64,000 nt of DNA, taken from NCBI GenBank assembly GCA_002104905.1, contig MCFE01000109.1, positions 62,001 through 126,000 on the forward strand, in the 5' to 3' direction. A program made the position numbers and the translations under genes. Numbering within the stretch: position 1 is the first letter of the stretch; each line of letters begins with the position of its first letter. Below the pieces are notes generated by a model. That model made no database searches. It was not told where the DNA came from and saw only the letters and a list, made by a program, of their open reading frames with translations. Below are positions 1 through 11,889 of this stretch, piece by piece. Origin of the DNA: Basidiobolus meristosporus CBS 931.73. Lineage: Eukaryota > Fungi > Basidiobolomycota.

Positions 1-1550
1 GCTGACACCTTATCATGACTTCAACAAGTTGCACAGCTCAGCATGATGCATGAAGCAGCTTGCTGCATTTAATCACAGAGGACTTGGAGGATCAAGCCAT
101 TCCTAAGGAGATGGATGAAGATACCATGAAGATTATCCAGGATGAAGCCAGCAGGTTTGTAGCACAGGATGAAACACTCAACCATATTGATGACAGATGC
201 CCTATTACCTATTGCTGATGGAAGCCCTATTGCCAATTGCCCCTAAGTTGCATGCCTGGAGTCAATACACAAGCTACACAAAGTAAACATCTTGGAACTT
301 AAGGAATCTGAAGACTTGAGAAAGCTAGAGCATGGTGGCCCAGAATAAACAATTCATTGACAAGCTAGTGGAAACATGACCAAGTGGTCAAATTAATCAA
401 CATTTACCACAGATAATTGCTGAACTCTTTCCCTTGGGGCCTGTGAGAGCATTTGAGAGATGGGAAATCAGCTCTGCTAGAAGACTACCCATTACTAGGA
501 AATGCAATCAGTGGATCCCAGTAGCAATTGACCCTGCCACCACATGGCCAGAGACAAGAGCTGCACTGGTAGCCAGCAAATGAGAAGTTGCAAGTTTAAT
601 TTCCATAAGATGCTGATAAAGCTTATATACCATATAGAATTCTTATCCAATACAGGAGCAAACTCTATGGCAAAAACATGGCAGAATACCTGGAAATGCA
701 GCAAATCAAACATTTTAAAACTATGGCATATTACCCTAGCACCAATGGAGCTGCAGAATGATTTACTGGACTATTGGGAAAAAATGATGACCAAGTATGA
801 AATGAAGCTGTAGGTAGATGGGACTAGTATATTGATAAAGTACTGTTTGCTGGCAGAGTAAGGGAGCACAACATAACCAAGTAGTTGCTATTTACTTAGT
901 TTATGGATGTGAACCAAGGATTGCAGCAAAGCTCATATAACTAAAACTCACTGACAGAATGGAAGATGAGCTTAGTCAGCTTAGTAAGCTCAAAAGACTG
1001 GAACAACAGTGTCAGTAGGCTCAGGCTAAAATATATATAACAGTGCAGCAAAGCTGAATTAGAGATTTGCAAAGACTGAATCACCAGAAGCATTGACAGT
1101 TGGGAACATTGCTTTGCTGCAAAACTGCCCTCAGAAGAGGTTTGAGCTGCAATGGATAGGACCATTCAAGATCATAAGCAAGTGTCCATTTGCACCTTAC
1201 CAACTAGCAGTCAAAAAACAGAATATCTAACATGATTTAACTCATAACAATGGACTCAAGCTTGCAAGACCTACTAGCATTGCTGAACCATCTGTTTACT
1301 GGTATCACTAGAATGGAGATTCAGGAGAACCCTCTCAGCCTTAGTAGAGAAGAAAGCTATGTTCCATCACTTGAATGTAGAGGTTAAATCATTTCTTGCC
1401 AATAGAACTAGATTTATGTTCAGGCTATCTGTATATCAGTATTATCTATCAAATTTAACAGTGTTGGTCAGCAGATGAATCAGCAGACCTATATCAGAGA
1501 GAAATGGATGTATAAAGTATGATTCAATCAGTTATGATGCTGTAAATATC
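1..1550 (+). mobile_element. Degenerate Ty3/gypsy family A 3' fragment (integrase tail plus partial 3' LTR from about 1359)
   Basis: Clear nucleotide similarity to the reverse complement of 11890-13150, ending ...TCAGGAGAACCCTCTCAGC, followed by an LTR-like segment. Many stops and indels. Confidence 0.8.
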
Positions 1551-1559
1551 TTCATCAGT

Positions 1560-3790
1560 AGGGATTAAAGCATCTAGCAGATGGCCACAGGACCACCATC
1601 TTGGCTCTTGATCAGCTTTAAAGTATTGCCATCATATACTCTGTACCCTTCAGAGTCCACACAATACCCCAGATATAACTCATTTCTACTTGCTGATTTC
1701 AGTTTTGAGTGTGTTTTGTCAGGGATGTAATAGTAATCTCACTGTTAAAGATCCTTCAGTGCTGGAGGTCTAGTTTCTTGCCTGTATATGTTTTTCTGAG
1801 TTTATACACATATGCATTGTTTTCACTCCAAAACCTGTGGTTAACTTTTCTAGCATGGAGCATAGATCTTCCTATTTCTATTGTTGCTCTGTGAGTATAT
1901 TTCTGCCACCCTGCTGTGCTGTAGAATACATGAATCAGTAGTCTGTTGCAGTGGAACAGTAGTGGATCAGTGCATTGCTAGCTTCTGTGAACATTATTTC
2001 CTACCATTATCACCTTGTAGCACCTTCAATCTGCACTCAGTTTGTTTTTCTATCATATGTCTCCTGAACCATATTCCAACTTTTAGGTCATATGCTCATG
2101 TGTATCTTGTGATGTGCTTAACAACTTCTTACACTATCTCTTGGCTACAAAATACACTGGTCACAAGGACCAAAGTATGTTTGAATGAGCAATATCTATT
2201 ATTCTGGTGGTATTAATGCCTCCTGCACTTATGAAGCACTGCCTAGCTTGCCTGCAATATGTGTATCTCTTAAGGACACTCAGTTTTAGTTGTGAATGAG
2301 TGATAAAGGCCAAAACCAAGTGAATATTTCAGTGATTGGCTCATTTCTGTTGCTCAAACTGTCCTGGCACTTTATATCATGTCAATCAGCCAGTTTCATT
2401 AGTTGTAGTATGTTGACATACTGAAGTACAATGATATTGCAGTCAGACTAGTGCATATTAAAGTCATTACTTCTTACACTAACATTTATCCAGTCTCACT
2501 TATATTGGGTAGTGGAGCCCAGTAATAGCCAATTTCAGCTTTTGAGTAGTTGTATTACACATTGAGAGTGAGTTGTTGGCTACTCCTGGTACACAAAGTA
2601 TATCAGGCAGTTTTGCTCTTTTTCTCCAGGGGACCTCTCAAGTCTAGTTGTATAATTCCATTAGCAGTAGCTGACATGAAGATTCCAAGGTCCTGACATC
2701 TTGCAGTATTTGCAGCAACCTGATTTCTTTAGGCACTATTTATTTCTCTTGCTGCAGGTATACATTCTGAGCTGGATAAGACATTATCATTGATCTTTTT
2801 GGCATGGTGTTTGTGTCCGGATTCTGCAGAAAGCCATCCTGTGACATATTCCAAAGTCAAATGATCATCTTTGCAATTTGATGAAATATGAGCAGCTCAT
2901 ACATACCTGGTAAGCTGCAAAGCAGATAGAGCATTTCATTGAGTCACCTGTGCCTGCATTGGCACTGCAAGGTTCTCTGGCAAGTGTGTAAGCTCTGGTA
3001 ATAAATTTGAACTTCATTTTCTGCTCTTGGTCAGCTTAACTCTTCTTGCACTCCCTGGTTCATTTTCCTGGCTTTTGCAGTTATTTCCTGCAACTAGGTT
3101 CAAATGGTTTTGTTACTCTGTCTTCCTTTGTACTTGTCCTTGTTGGTTCAACAATCTTATATTAGAGACTCTCATTGCTCAGTGATCACTTCCAGGTTGT
3201 TGCTGAAGTAACCATGATTTGACATTTTCAATATTCAAGTCTTTTGCTGTGGCTTCAACTCCAATGATAAACAGTCTAAGCACATTTTTTTAATTTTATA
3301 GTATATACTGTAAAGTTTCTTCATCATTTCAATCAGTTCAGATATTCTCAAGTTTTTTGGTGTTTCCACTGTCTTAGTGAGTTGCCACATCTTACAGTAA
3401 AGTTTTGTCCCAAAGTCAACAAACTTTCATTTAAACAGAGCTCCAAAACCTGACCTTGCTCCAGAAATTGCTTTCAATCAATACACTAGCAGCTTTGGAT
3501 ATGGTCAAGCATTGACTTGTTCAGCAATTAATTCTTGCACATCTACAAATATGGTATAAACAGCCATTCTTAAAATCTCTTAAAGCTTGCTAACTTTTTC
3601 TGCTGTACTTGTGAGAATAATTTCTTCCCACTTTACTAGCCACTAGAGTTTTCTCTTGTCAAGTGAATTTGCATCAAGATATTCCAGTGTTTCTGACATC
3701 TTCCCATCAAACCTGTTGTTACAACAAGGATACTCTTGTAGTCCTGCTTAGCTTGGATGTTACTTTATGGTTTCTCTATGTCAAAGAGCT
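1560..3790 (-). mobile_element. Degenerate Ty1/copia gag-protease-integrase remnant
   Basis: Hand translation of the minus strand gives copia motifs in copia order across frameshifts: RFDGK (gag start, about 3720), LLCSLPGMYELL (gag), CKYCKMSG (knuckle), EKQTECRLKVLQGDNG (integrase core, about 2020), TGKKLDLQH*RIF and GYCVDSEGYRVYD (post-integrase region, about 1650). Confidence 0.65.
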
Positions 3791-3794
3791 CTAA

Positions 3795-6700
3795 TGTTAT
3801 GAATTACCTCTTGAATGATGAAGTGAGATCAGTTTTTAGTCAAATCAATTAGTTTATGTTTAGTATATCACTATATAAATGGTATCTATTGAGTCAGTAG
3901 TAATAGTAAGCAGATGAATGAGCAGATCCTTATAAGACAAAAATAGATATTAAGTAGAAACTAATTAGATGATGATGAGGCAATCAGATGAGTCCTCAGC
4001 CACAACCAACATTAAAAAAATAAATTGTCAGCAATTGATCTGGCTAAATGTATATAAAAAGCTGCAGAGACAACAATAAAAATAAGTTCAAGTTTTAGTG
4101 AATACAATGATAGCTAAACTCCCTGTTCCTCTGCAGCTCTTATTTCAAGACTTTTAACGTTGGTAGCAACAAAAACCAGAAACCCCCCCCAAAGAAAGCA
4201 GAAACCTCCCTCAAGATGTTGGAAAATCAAGAATGGAAGAATGCTATGCAGCAAATCCAGGCTCAGCAGCATCAGTTACTTGAGATCCTGAGTCAGCAGC
4301 AACAAGGAATGACTGCCATGGCCTAGAACCAGCAAAACCCTGTTGAGAGCAACTTTAGTGCACAGGTCAACTGGTACCATGGTAGAGTCCATGAAAACCT
4401 GGGAACTTGGCTCTTTCAGATTGAAGAAGCATTTAAGGCCAAGCAACTTTCCCCAGAGTGCATGTTGCATGATGCAGCTTCTTAGATGCAGCTTTACAGT
4501 GGTACCACAACACAATCAGGTCAGTCACCATGATGGGATACTCTACAATCTCAACCTGGGATGAGCTTGTGTAGTAAATTCAGGATGCTTTTAAGCCCCT
4601 ATAACAGCAGACACTACTAAGAAGATAGGTGAAGACACTCAAACATAAAGGAATGGCTCAAGAATACATCTGAGAGTATAGATGTCCACTGTTGCAAATT
4701 AAAATATTGAACCCCCTGGACCAAGTTGAATAGACTTGTTCCATTGGATAGTGCCACATTGAGCCATGAGTGCCAAATGATGCCATAGTGTGCCAGAGAG
4801 GCCAAGTGTGCCTATACTTGGCCACAGAGTGTAAAACATATCTCTGCATTTGCATGCAAAGCAGCCCCTGTGTTTCACCTATGATGCAGGAGAAAAACCA
4901 CTTTTTGATGTTTTTTTATGGATGAATGTTGTGCAGGATGTGTAAGAGCACAGAAGAGCTGAAGATGCGCATCAGGTACTCAATACCCATGGCACTCTGA
5001 ATTTAGCTCCTGTAGCTTGTAGCTTGTCACAAAAATGCATGGCACTATCTTGGTCCACTGGTACTATCCGGCACTATATTTAATTATTAGCCCTAAAGTA
5101 AGATCTATACAAGGCACTTATAGTGCCAGATAGTACCAGTGGACCAAGATAGTGCCGTGCATTCTTGTGACAAGTTACAAGCCATAGGAGCTGGATTCAG
5201 AGTGCCATAGGTATGGAGTACCAGATGAATATCTCCAATCCTTTTGTGCTGTTTCACATCCTGCACAACATTGACCTAAAAAAAAGGCCAAAAAATGGAT
5301 TTTCTGTGACAAAATGGGTAAAATACAGGGACAGCTTTGCATGAAGTTGCAGAGCTATATTTCACACTATGTGGCCAGGTATAGGCACACTTGGCCTCCC
5401 TGGCACACTATGCACCATTTGGCACTCATGGCTCAATGTGGCACTATCCAATGGAACAAGTCTAATACCTTATTGATAGGTTTAAAGAACGAACTTGCAA
5501 GGAAGTCAATTACCAAGGGCCTCAGACTATTGCAGAAGCTATAAAGATTGTCATTGACTATGACTCTGCTTTATCTCAAATTGGGAAGTCAACAATGACA
5601 AATCAGAGAAGCTATAATCACTATGAAAGAAGACAATCAGAAGCAGTGCCAATGAAAATTGACAATATAGGCAAAATCCCACCTCAGAATAATGTAAGAA
5701 TAAAGGACTTGCTTTGATTGCCACCAGCAAAGACATACTGCAAAGTACCACCATCAGAAAGAAAATAGCCACCAGTTAACAAGAACCTTCAATCATATTG
5801 AAGCCCTTAAGCATAGTGACAATGAGGCAGAACTTGAAGAAGACTCAGAACCCACCTTCCATATGACAGAAGAATACATATCCCAAATGACCTCAAACTC
5901 AGGAAGGCTATTATACTTCAATGAAGTAATCAATGGAGTACCTGCCAAGATCATGATTGACTCAGAATCATTACCCAAGTACATGTCAGAGCAATATGCC
6001 TTGAAAGCTGGAATCACTTTGGAGCCCACCAAATCAACATCAGTCTCAGCAGCTGATGAGAACTCTCACATAATCAACCCTACTACACAGCTGGTAAGAA
6101 TGATGATCAATGACTATGAAGAAGACCTACATGACTATAATTCTGGGAACTTTATGTTTGACCTTGTACTTGCAAAAAACCTTGATATTTTTTTGTAATC
6201 CATCAATCAACTGGAGAACCATTGCACACAGAGCCAGAAGGAGAACAAGGCCTATGAGCTATTACCTGCCACACTGAATTTTAACTTGGTCAATCCAAGT
6301 GTGTGTGAAACAAGTGAACTGAGCAAGACACAATTCTGTAGGGCACTTAGAAAAGGTACACAGATGTTCCTCATGGCAGCATTACAGGAGGATTCCTCTA
6401 CTCCAGCACCCCAGAGGATCCAGACTCTTTGAGGAAATATTCAGACATAATTCCAGATGAACTTGAAAGCCAACCCTCACTTGGAGACATGGATCATGTC
6501 ATTCACACAGAAGATAGCCCTCTAGTGAGTAAGATGCAAAGCAGAATGAGTCCTTTGGAGTTGGAAGAGATTAAGAGACAAATAAATCAGTTATTGGAGT
6601 AGGGATTCATCAGACCTGGCAAGTCACTGTGGGGAGCATTAGTATATTTTGTGAAATAAATGGATGGAACACTTAGTATGTGCAGTAAATACAGAGTCCT

Positions 6701-9439
6701 CAACTCAGTTGCTGACATATAGGTACCCCATACCTTGTATTAATGAGCTCCTGGACCAACTCAATGGAGCCACCATATCCAGCAAGATTGACCTGGTGTC
6801 CGGATACAACTAGATTAGGGTGAGACCAGAAGATATCCCTAAGACAGCATTCAGCACAAGACATGGACATTACAAGTACTTAGCCATGAGCTTGGCCTTA
6901 CTAATGCCCATTGACATACATGTCATTAATGCAGATAGCCTTCAAGAAATACTCAGATATGTTTGTGGTAATCTATCTAGATGGCATATTGATATATAGC
7001 ACAACAGAGGAGGAGCACTTAGTGCACATTGAAAAGGTCCTGAAGAAGCTAAGAGAGAACACACTCTATGAAAGGCTAGCAAAGTGTGGATTCTTAAGGA
7101 ATCACATTGAATACCTCCAACACATTGTGAATAGCACAGGAGTGAACTTAGACCCCAAGAAAGTTGAGGTCATGAAGAATCTGAAGCAGCTCCATAGCAT
7201 AATTAAAGCTCAGATCATACCTGGGAATGATCCTATCATTGGGGATTTGTCAAGTTATTTGCAAGTATTGCAGCCCCTTTAGCTGATATTCTTACAAGGT
7301 CAACACCATGAAGTGAGATGTAGCCTGTCAGACTGCCATTCAGATGCCCAAGAATGATCTTGTTAGGCTGCCAAGCATAAGAATACCTGACTTCAGAGAT
7401 AAGCTTATTCTGTGCACAGATGCCTCACACCATGCAGTTTGTGGAGAACTGAGCCAAGAACATGAGGGAAAGGACTACCCAGTTGCTTTTGAGTCCAGGG
7501 AACTGAACATAGCAGAGTAATATTATACAGTCCACAGGAAGGAAATGCTTGCCATAATACACTGCTTGAAGACCTGGGGATGCTACATTGAAGGAGTCAG
7601 GTGCACTGTAAAGAATTATCATCCCACACTTAGGTACATATTTATTCAAGAGGTACTATCCAGAAGAATGACAAGATGGAGTGAATACTTTCAGCATTAG
7701 ACTTGGAGATTGCCTACTCCTGTGGTGAAAACAAAACAGTTACTAATGATTGTCAAGACTAGAACAAGTTGCAGAACTCAACTTGATGCATGAGTCCAAT
7801 TGGCCTGGCTTATTACCAGAGTACTTGGAGGACTAAGCCATCCCTAATGAGGTGGATGAAGAGATCAAGGAGATAATCTTTAATGAAGCCAGCAAATTTA
7901 TAGTACAGGATGAAACACTCTGCCAAGTTGCCAATGGAGGCCCTGTTGCCAATTGCCCTTATGTAGGTTGCCTGGATTAGATACATAAGCTACACAATGA
8001 AAATGGATATCCTAGAATTCAAGGATCCTATAGCCTTGTTAAAGCTAGAGCATGGTGGCCCAGAATGAAATAAGATATTGAGAAGCTAGTGAAAACATCC
8101 CAAAATTGCCAAATAAATAAAGGCCAACCACAGAGAGTTGCTGAACTCTTTCCCTTGGAGCTTGTAAGACCATTTGAAAGATGGGATTTACTTTATTGAA
8201 AGACTGCCAACCACTAGGCAATGCAACTGTTGGAGACAAGTAGCAATTGGTTGTGCAACTAAATGGCCAGTGGCTGAAGCTGTCCCTATAGCATGTGAGC
8301 AAGAAGTTGCAAGTTTCTTCTACCATGTTATCTTTATGAAGCTGGGATGCCCTGAAGTGATTCTATCCAATAGAGGAGCAAACCTTATGGCAATGACATT
8401 GGAAGCTTACCTGGAAATGCAGCACATCAGACACTTGAAAACCTTGGCATATAGCCTTAGTACTAATGAAGTCTCTGAGTGGTTCTATGAGCTATTTGGA
8501 AAAATGCTGACCAAGCATGCAAATGGAGCTGTCAGAAGATGGGATGGGCACATAGACCAAGCACTCTTTGCATGCAGAGTTAGAATATACAACACCACCC
8601 AACAATTGCCATTTTACCTAGTGTATGGATGTGAACCAGGGATTCTGTGAGATCTCACATAACCAAAGTTTACAAATGCCTTAGAAGATGATATCTGTCA
8701 GAAAAGTAGTCACAAGCAGCTGGAACAATGATGTTAAGAGGCACAGGCCAAAGTATGTCAAAGTGCAGAAAGGATGAAGCAGAGATTTGATAAGACTATA
8801 TCACCAGAAGCATTGACAGTCAGGAAATTTGTATTGCTGAAAAGCAGCACTTGGAGGAAGTTTAAGGAACAATGAACAGGACTCTTAAAGATCCTCCTAG
8901 AATGTCCATTTGCAACTTGCCAACTAGCTGACAAACAAGGGAATATCTAGGAAGATTTAGTTTGTCAAGATAGACCCAAGCTTGCAAGACATGCCAACAA
9001 TACTGAACCATTGAGATGATCATATCACAAGAAAAGAGATTCACGTGAACCCTGTCAGCTTTAATAGGGAAGAATGTTATGATCTACTGTTGGAATGTTT
9101 AAATTAGACCATTATTAGTCAAACCAATTAGTTTGGTAATCAGTCTGTTGGTACATCAGTGTCATCTATGAAATCAGTAGTATCAGTCAGCATATGAATC
9201 CACAGATACTTATCAGACAAATATGGATATTAAGCAGGATATAATTGGCTGATGATGGTGCAATCAATGAGTCATCAGCCACAACCTGCACTAGGAAATA
9301 CAATTAGTCAGTAACTGATCTGGTCAAAAGTAAATAAGGAGCAGCTGGAATCACAATAAAGGTCACTTCAAGTTTTAGTGAATATACTACTAACTAAACT
9401 CCTTACTTCTCTACAACCCTTGTTTCAACACTTGTAACA
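3795..9439 (+). mobile_element. Old full-length Ty3/gypsy family A copy (LTRs 3795-4159 and 9075-9439), non-functional
   Basis: Two degenerate LTRs, PBS TTGGTAGCAAC at 4160, gag ATG at 4216. PR/RT/RH/INT fragments appear in ORFs 5863-6198, 6911-7282 and 8174-8650. Interrupted by a MITE. TSD no longer matches. Confidence 0.9.
4732..5463. mobile_element. Foldback MITE (732 bp) of the PHIS/Pangu-like family, inserted in gag
   Basis: Termini AGACTTGTTCC...GGAACAAGTCT, AAT duplicated on both sides (4729-4731, 5464-5466). Removing it restores gag CAAGTTGAATAC (QVEY). About 345-bp inverted arms around a roughly 40-bp spacer. Confidence 0.92.
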
Positions 9440-9589
9440 CCATTAACAGTATAATATTGGGAAGCCACTTTACATAGAAGGCCATTACTAACAGATTGCA
9501 AAACATAATATCTCTTGCAGCTCAAGGGCTGCATCATTAAACCAACTGATCCTCTAAATGCACCTAGAATAGGTTAGGATTTACTATTG

Positions 9590-9785
9590 CCAAGGTGATG
9601 ATGATGCAATCAATGAGTTGTCCATCACAACCTACATCAGAAAATACAATTAGTCAGCAATTGATCTGGCAAAATGTATTTAAGCAGGTGCTGAAACCAC
9701 AATTAAAATCAGTTTAAGTTTTAGTGAATACAATACCTGCTGAGCTCCCTGTCACTCCTGAACTCTTAAACCACAACTTGTAATG
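9590..9785 (+). repeat. Partial degenerate family A LTR
   Basis: Matches the 3' half of the family A LTR (GATGATGATGCAATC...TTTTAGTGAATACAATAC...CTTGTAA). Confidence 0.6.
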
Positions 9786-11511
9786 CACAACCTGCTTGAA
9801 TCAAAGAAAATTAGTAAACAGAATGGCTCAACAGCAAAAAATGAAAATTGTTGAGCAATTTTTGTAAGTAATTTTATTATTAACTACCATTTGAGTGCTT
9901 AGTCAGGTCATTTTCAGGTTAAACAGTTTGCTACTTATGCTTTGTCTAATTAGGGTTAAACTAGAAGTCATCACTAAGACAGCATTCAGGACAAGATATG
10001 GACATTACAAGTCCTTAGTTGCAAGTTTTGGCCTCACTAATGCCCCTGCAACATTCCTGACCTTTATGCAAATGGCATTCAAGAAATACTTAGATATTCT
10101 GGTAATCTACCTGGATGACATATTGATATACAGCAAGACAGAAGAGGACTACTTGGTGCACATTAAAAGAACTTTAGGAAGCTTAGAGAGAACAAGAAAC
10201 ATGGCAAGTTAGCAAAGTGTGAATTCTTGAGGAACATAATGAATACCTCCAACACATAGCAACTGGCACAGGAGTGATCTTAGAGCCTAAGAAGGTTGAA
10301 GTCATGAGGAATCTGAAACAGCCTCATATCATATCAGAACTTAGATCACTCCTTGAAATGGCTTTCTATTATTGGAGATTTGTCAAATCCTATGCAAATA
10401 TTACAGCCCATTAACTGATATTTGCAAGAAAGTCAACACCTTGAAGTGGGACATGGCCAGTGAGACTGGCAAAAATATTGTCAAGAACAGACTTGCTAAG
10501 CTGCTAAGCTTACAAATAACTGACTACAGAAAAGAGTTTACTCCATGAACAGATGCTTCAGACTATGCAATTGGAGGAGCACTGAGCCCAGAACATGAGG
10601 GAAAGGACTACCCATTGCTTTTGAGCCCAAGAAACCAAGTTCAGCAGAACAAATGTATCTAGTGCATGAGTAGGAGATGCTTGCCATAATGCACTGCTTG
10701 ATGACATGCAGATATAACATTGAAGGAGTTAGGTGTATTGTGAAGACTAATCATGCCTTACTCAAGTATGTACCTATTAAAGCGGTACTATCCAGAAGAA
10801 TGACAAAATAAAGTGAATACATTCAGCAATCTGACTTGGAGCTTGTCTATTGCCCTGGGAACAAAAACACAGTTACTAATGCATTGTCAAGACTAGAACA
10901 AGTTGCACAACTTGACTTGATGCATAAGTCAGATTGGCCTAGCGTATTATCAGAGTACTTTGATGACTAAGCGATTCCTAATGAGGTGGTTGATGATATC
11001 AAGGAGATAACTTGTGATGAAGCCAGCAAGTTTGTAGTACAGGATGAAACACTCTGCCAAATTGTCAAGCAATGCCCTGTTGCCAATTGCCCTTATGTTG
11101 GTTGCCTGGATTCAATACATAAGCTACACATTGGATATAGACTTCCTGGAGTTGAAGGAGCCTATAACCTTGTAAAAGCTAGAGCACGGTGGCCCAGAAT
11201 CAAGCAGGATACTGAGAAGCTAGTGCAAACAAGCCCTAATTACTCAATCAACCAAGGCCAACCATAGAGAATTGCTCAACTCTTTCCCTTGGAGCTTCTA
11301 AGACCACTTTAAAGAAGGGGGACTGATCTTGTTGGAGGACTGCTGACCACCAGGAAATGCAGCTGTTGGATACTAGTACCCATTGATCATGTCACTAAAT
11401 GACCAGTGGCTAAAGCTGTACCTGTAGCCAGTAAACAAGGGGTTACATGCTTCAGCTACCATAAGATCCTTGTGAAGTTTGGATGACCTGTAGAAGCATT
11501 ATTTGATAGAG

Positions 11512-11879
11512 TGTTACAAGTCTTGGTATAAGAGTTGTAGAGGAATAGGGAGTTTAGCTAGTATTGTATTCACTAAAACTTGAACTGATTTTTATTGAGG
11601 TTCCAGCAGCTCCTTATATACATTTTGCCAGATCAATTGCTGACTAATTGTATTTCCTAATGTAGGTTGTGGCTGATGACTCATTTGATTGCATCATCAT
11701 CACCCAATAAGATCCTACTTAATATATCTATTTCTGTCTGATAAGGATCTGCTGATTCATTTGCTGACTAATGCTACTGATTTCATAGATAATACTGATG
11801 TACTGATAACCTAAACATATACTAACTGATTTGACTTAAAACTGATCTAACTTAAACATTCAAGCGGCAGATCATAACA
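11512..11879 (-). repeat. 3' LTR of the intact element
   Basis: TGTTACAAG...ATCATAACA, 368 bp. The sense strand has TATATAAG followed by AATAAA. Confidence 0.97.
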
Positions 11880-11888
11880 TTCTCCCCT
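11880..11888 (-). promoter_or_regulatory. Polypurine tract AGGGGAGAA
   Basis: Purine run immediately upstream of the 3' LTR on the sense strand. Confidence 0.85.
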
Positions 11889-11889
11889 A

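Noticed and set aside
4732-5463. Palindromic repeated sequence as a CRISPR-like array
   Set aside because: No repeat-spacer periodicity and no cas genes. TIRs and TSD identify it as a MITE.
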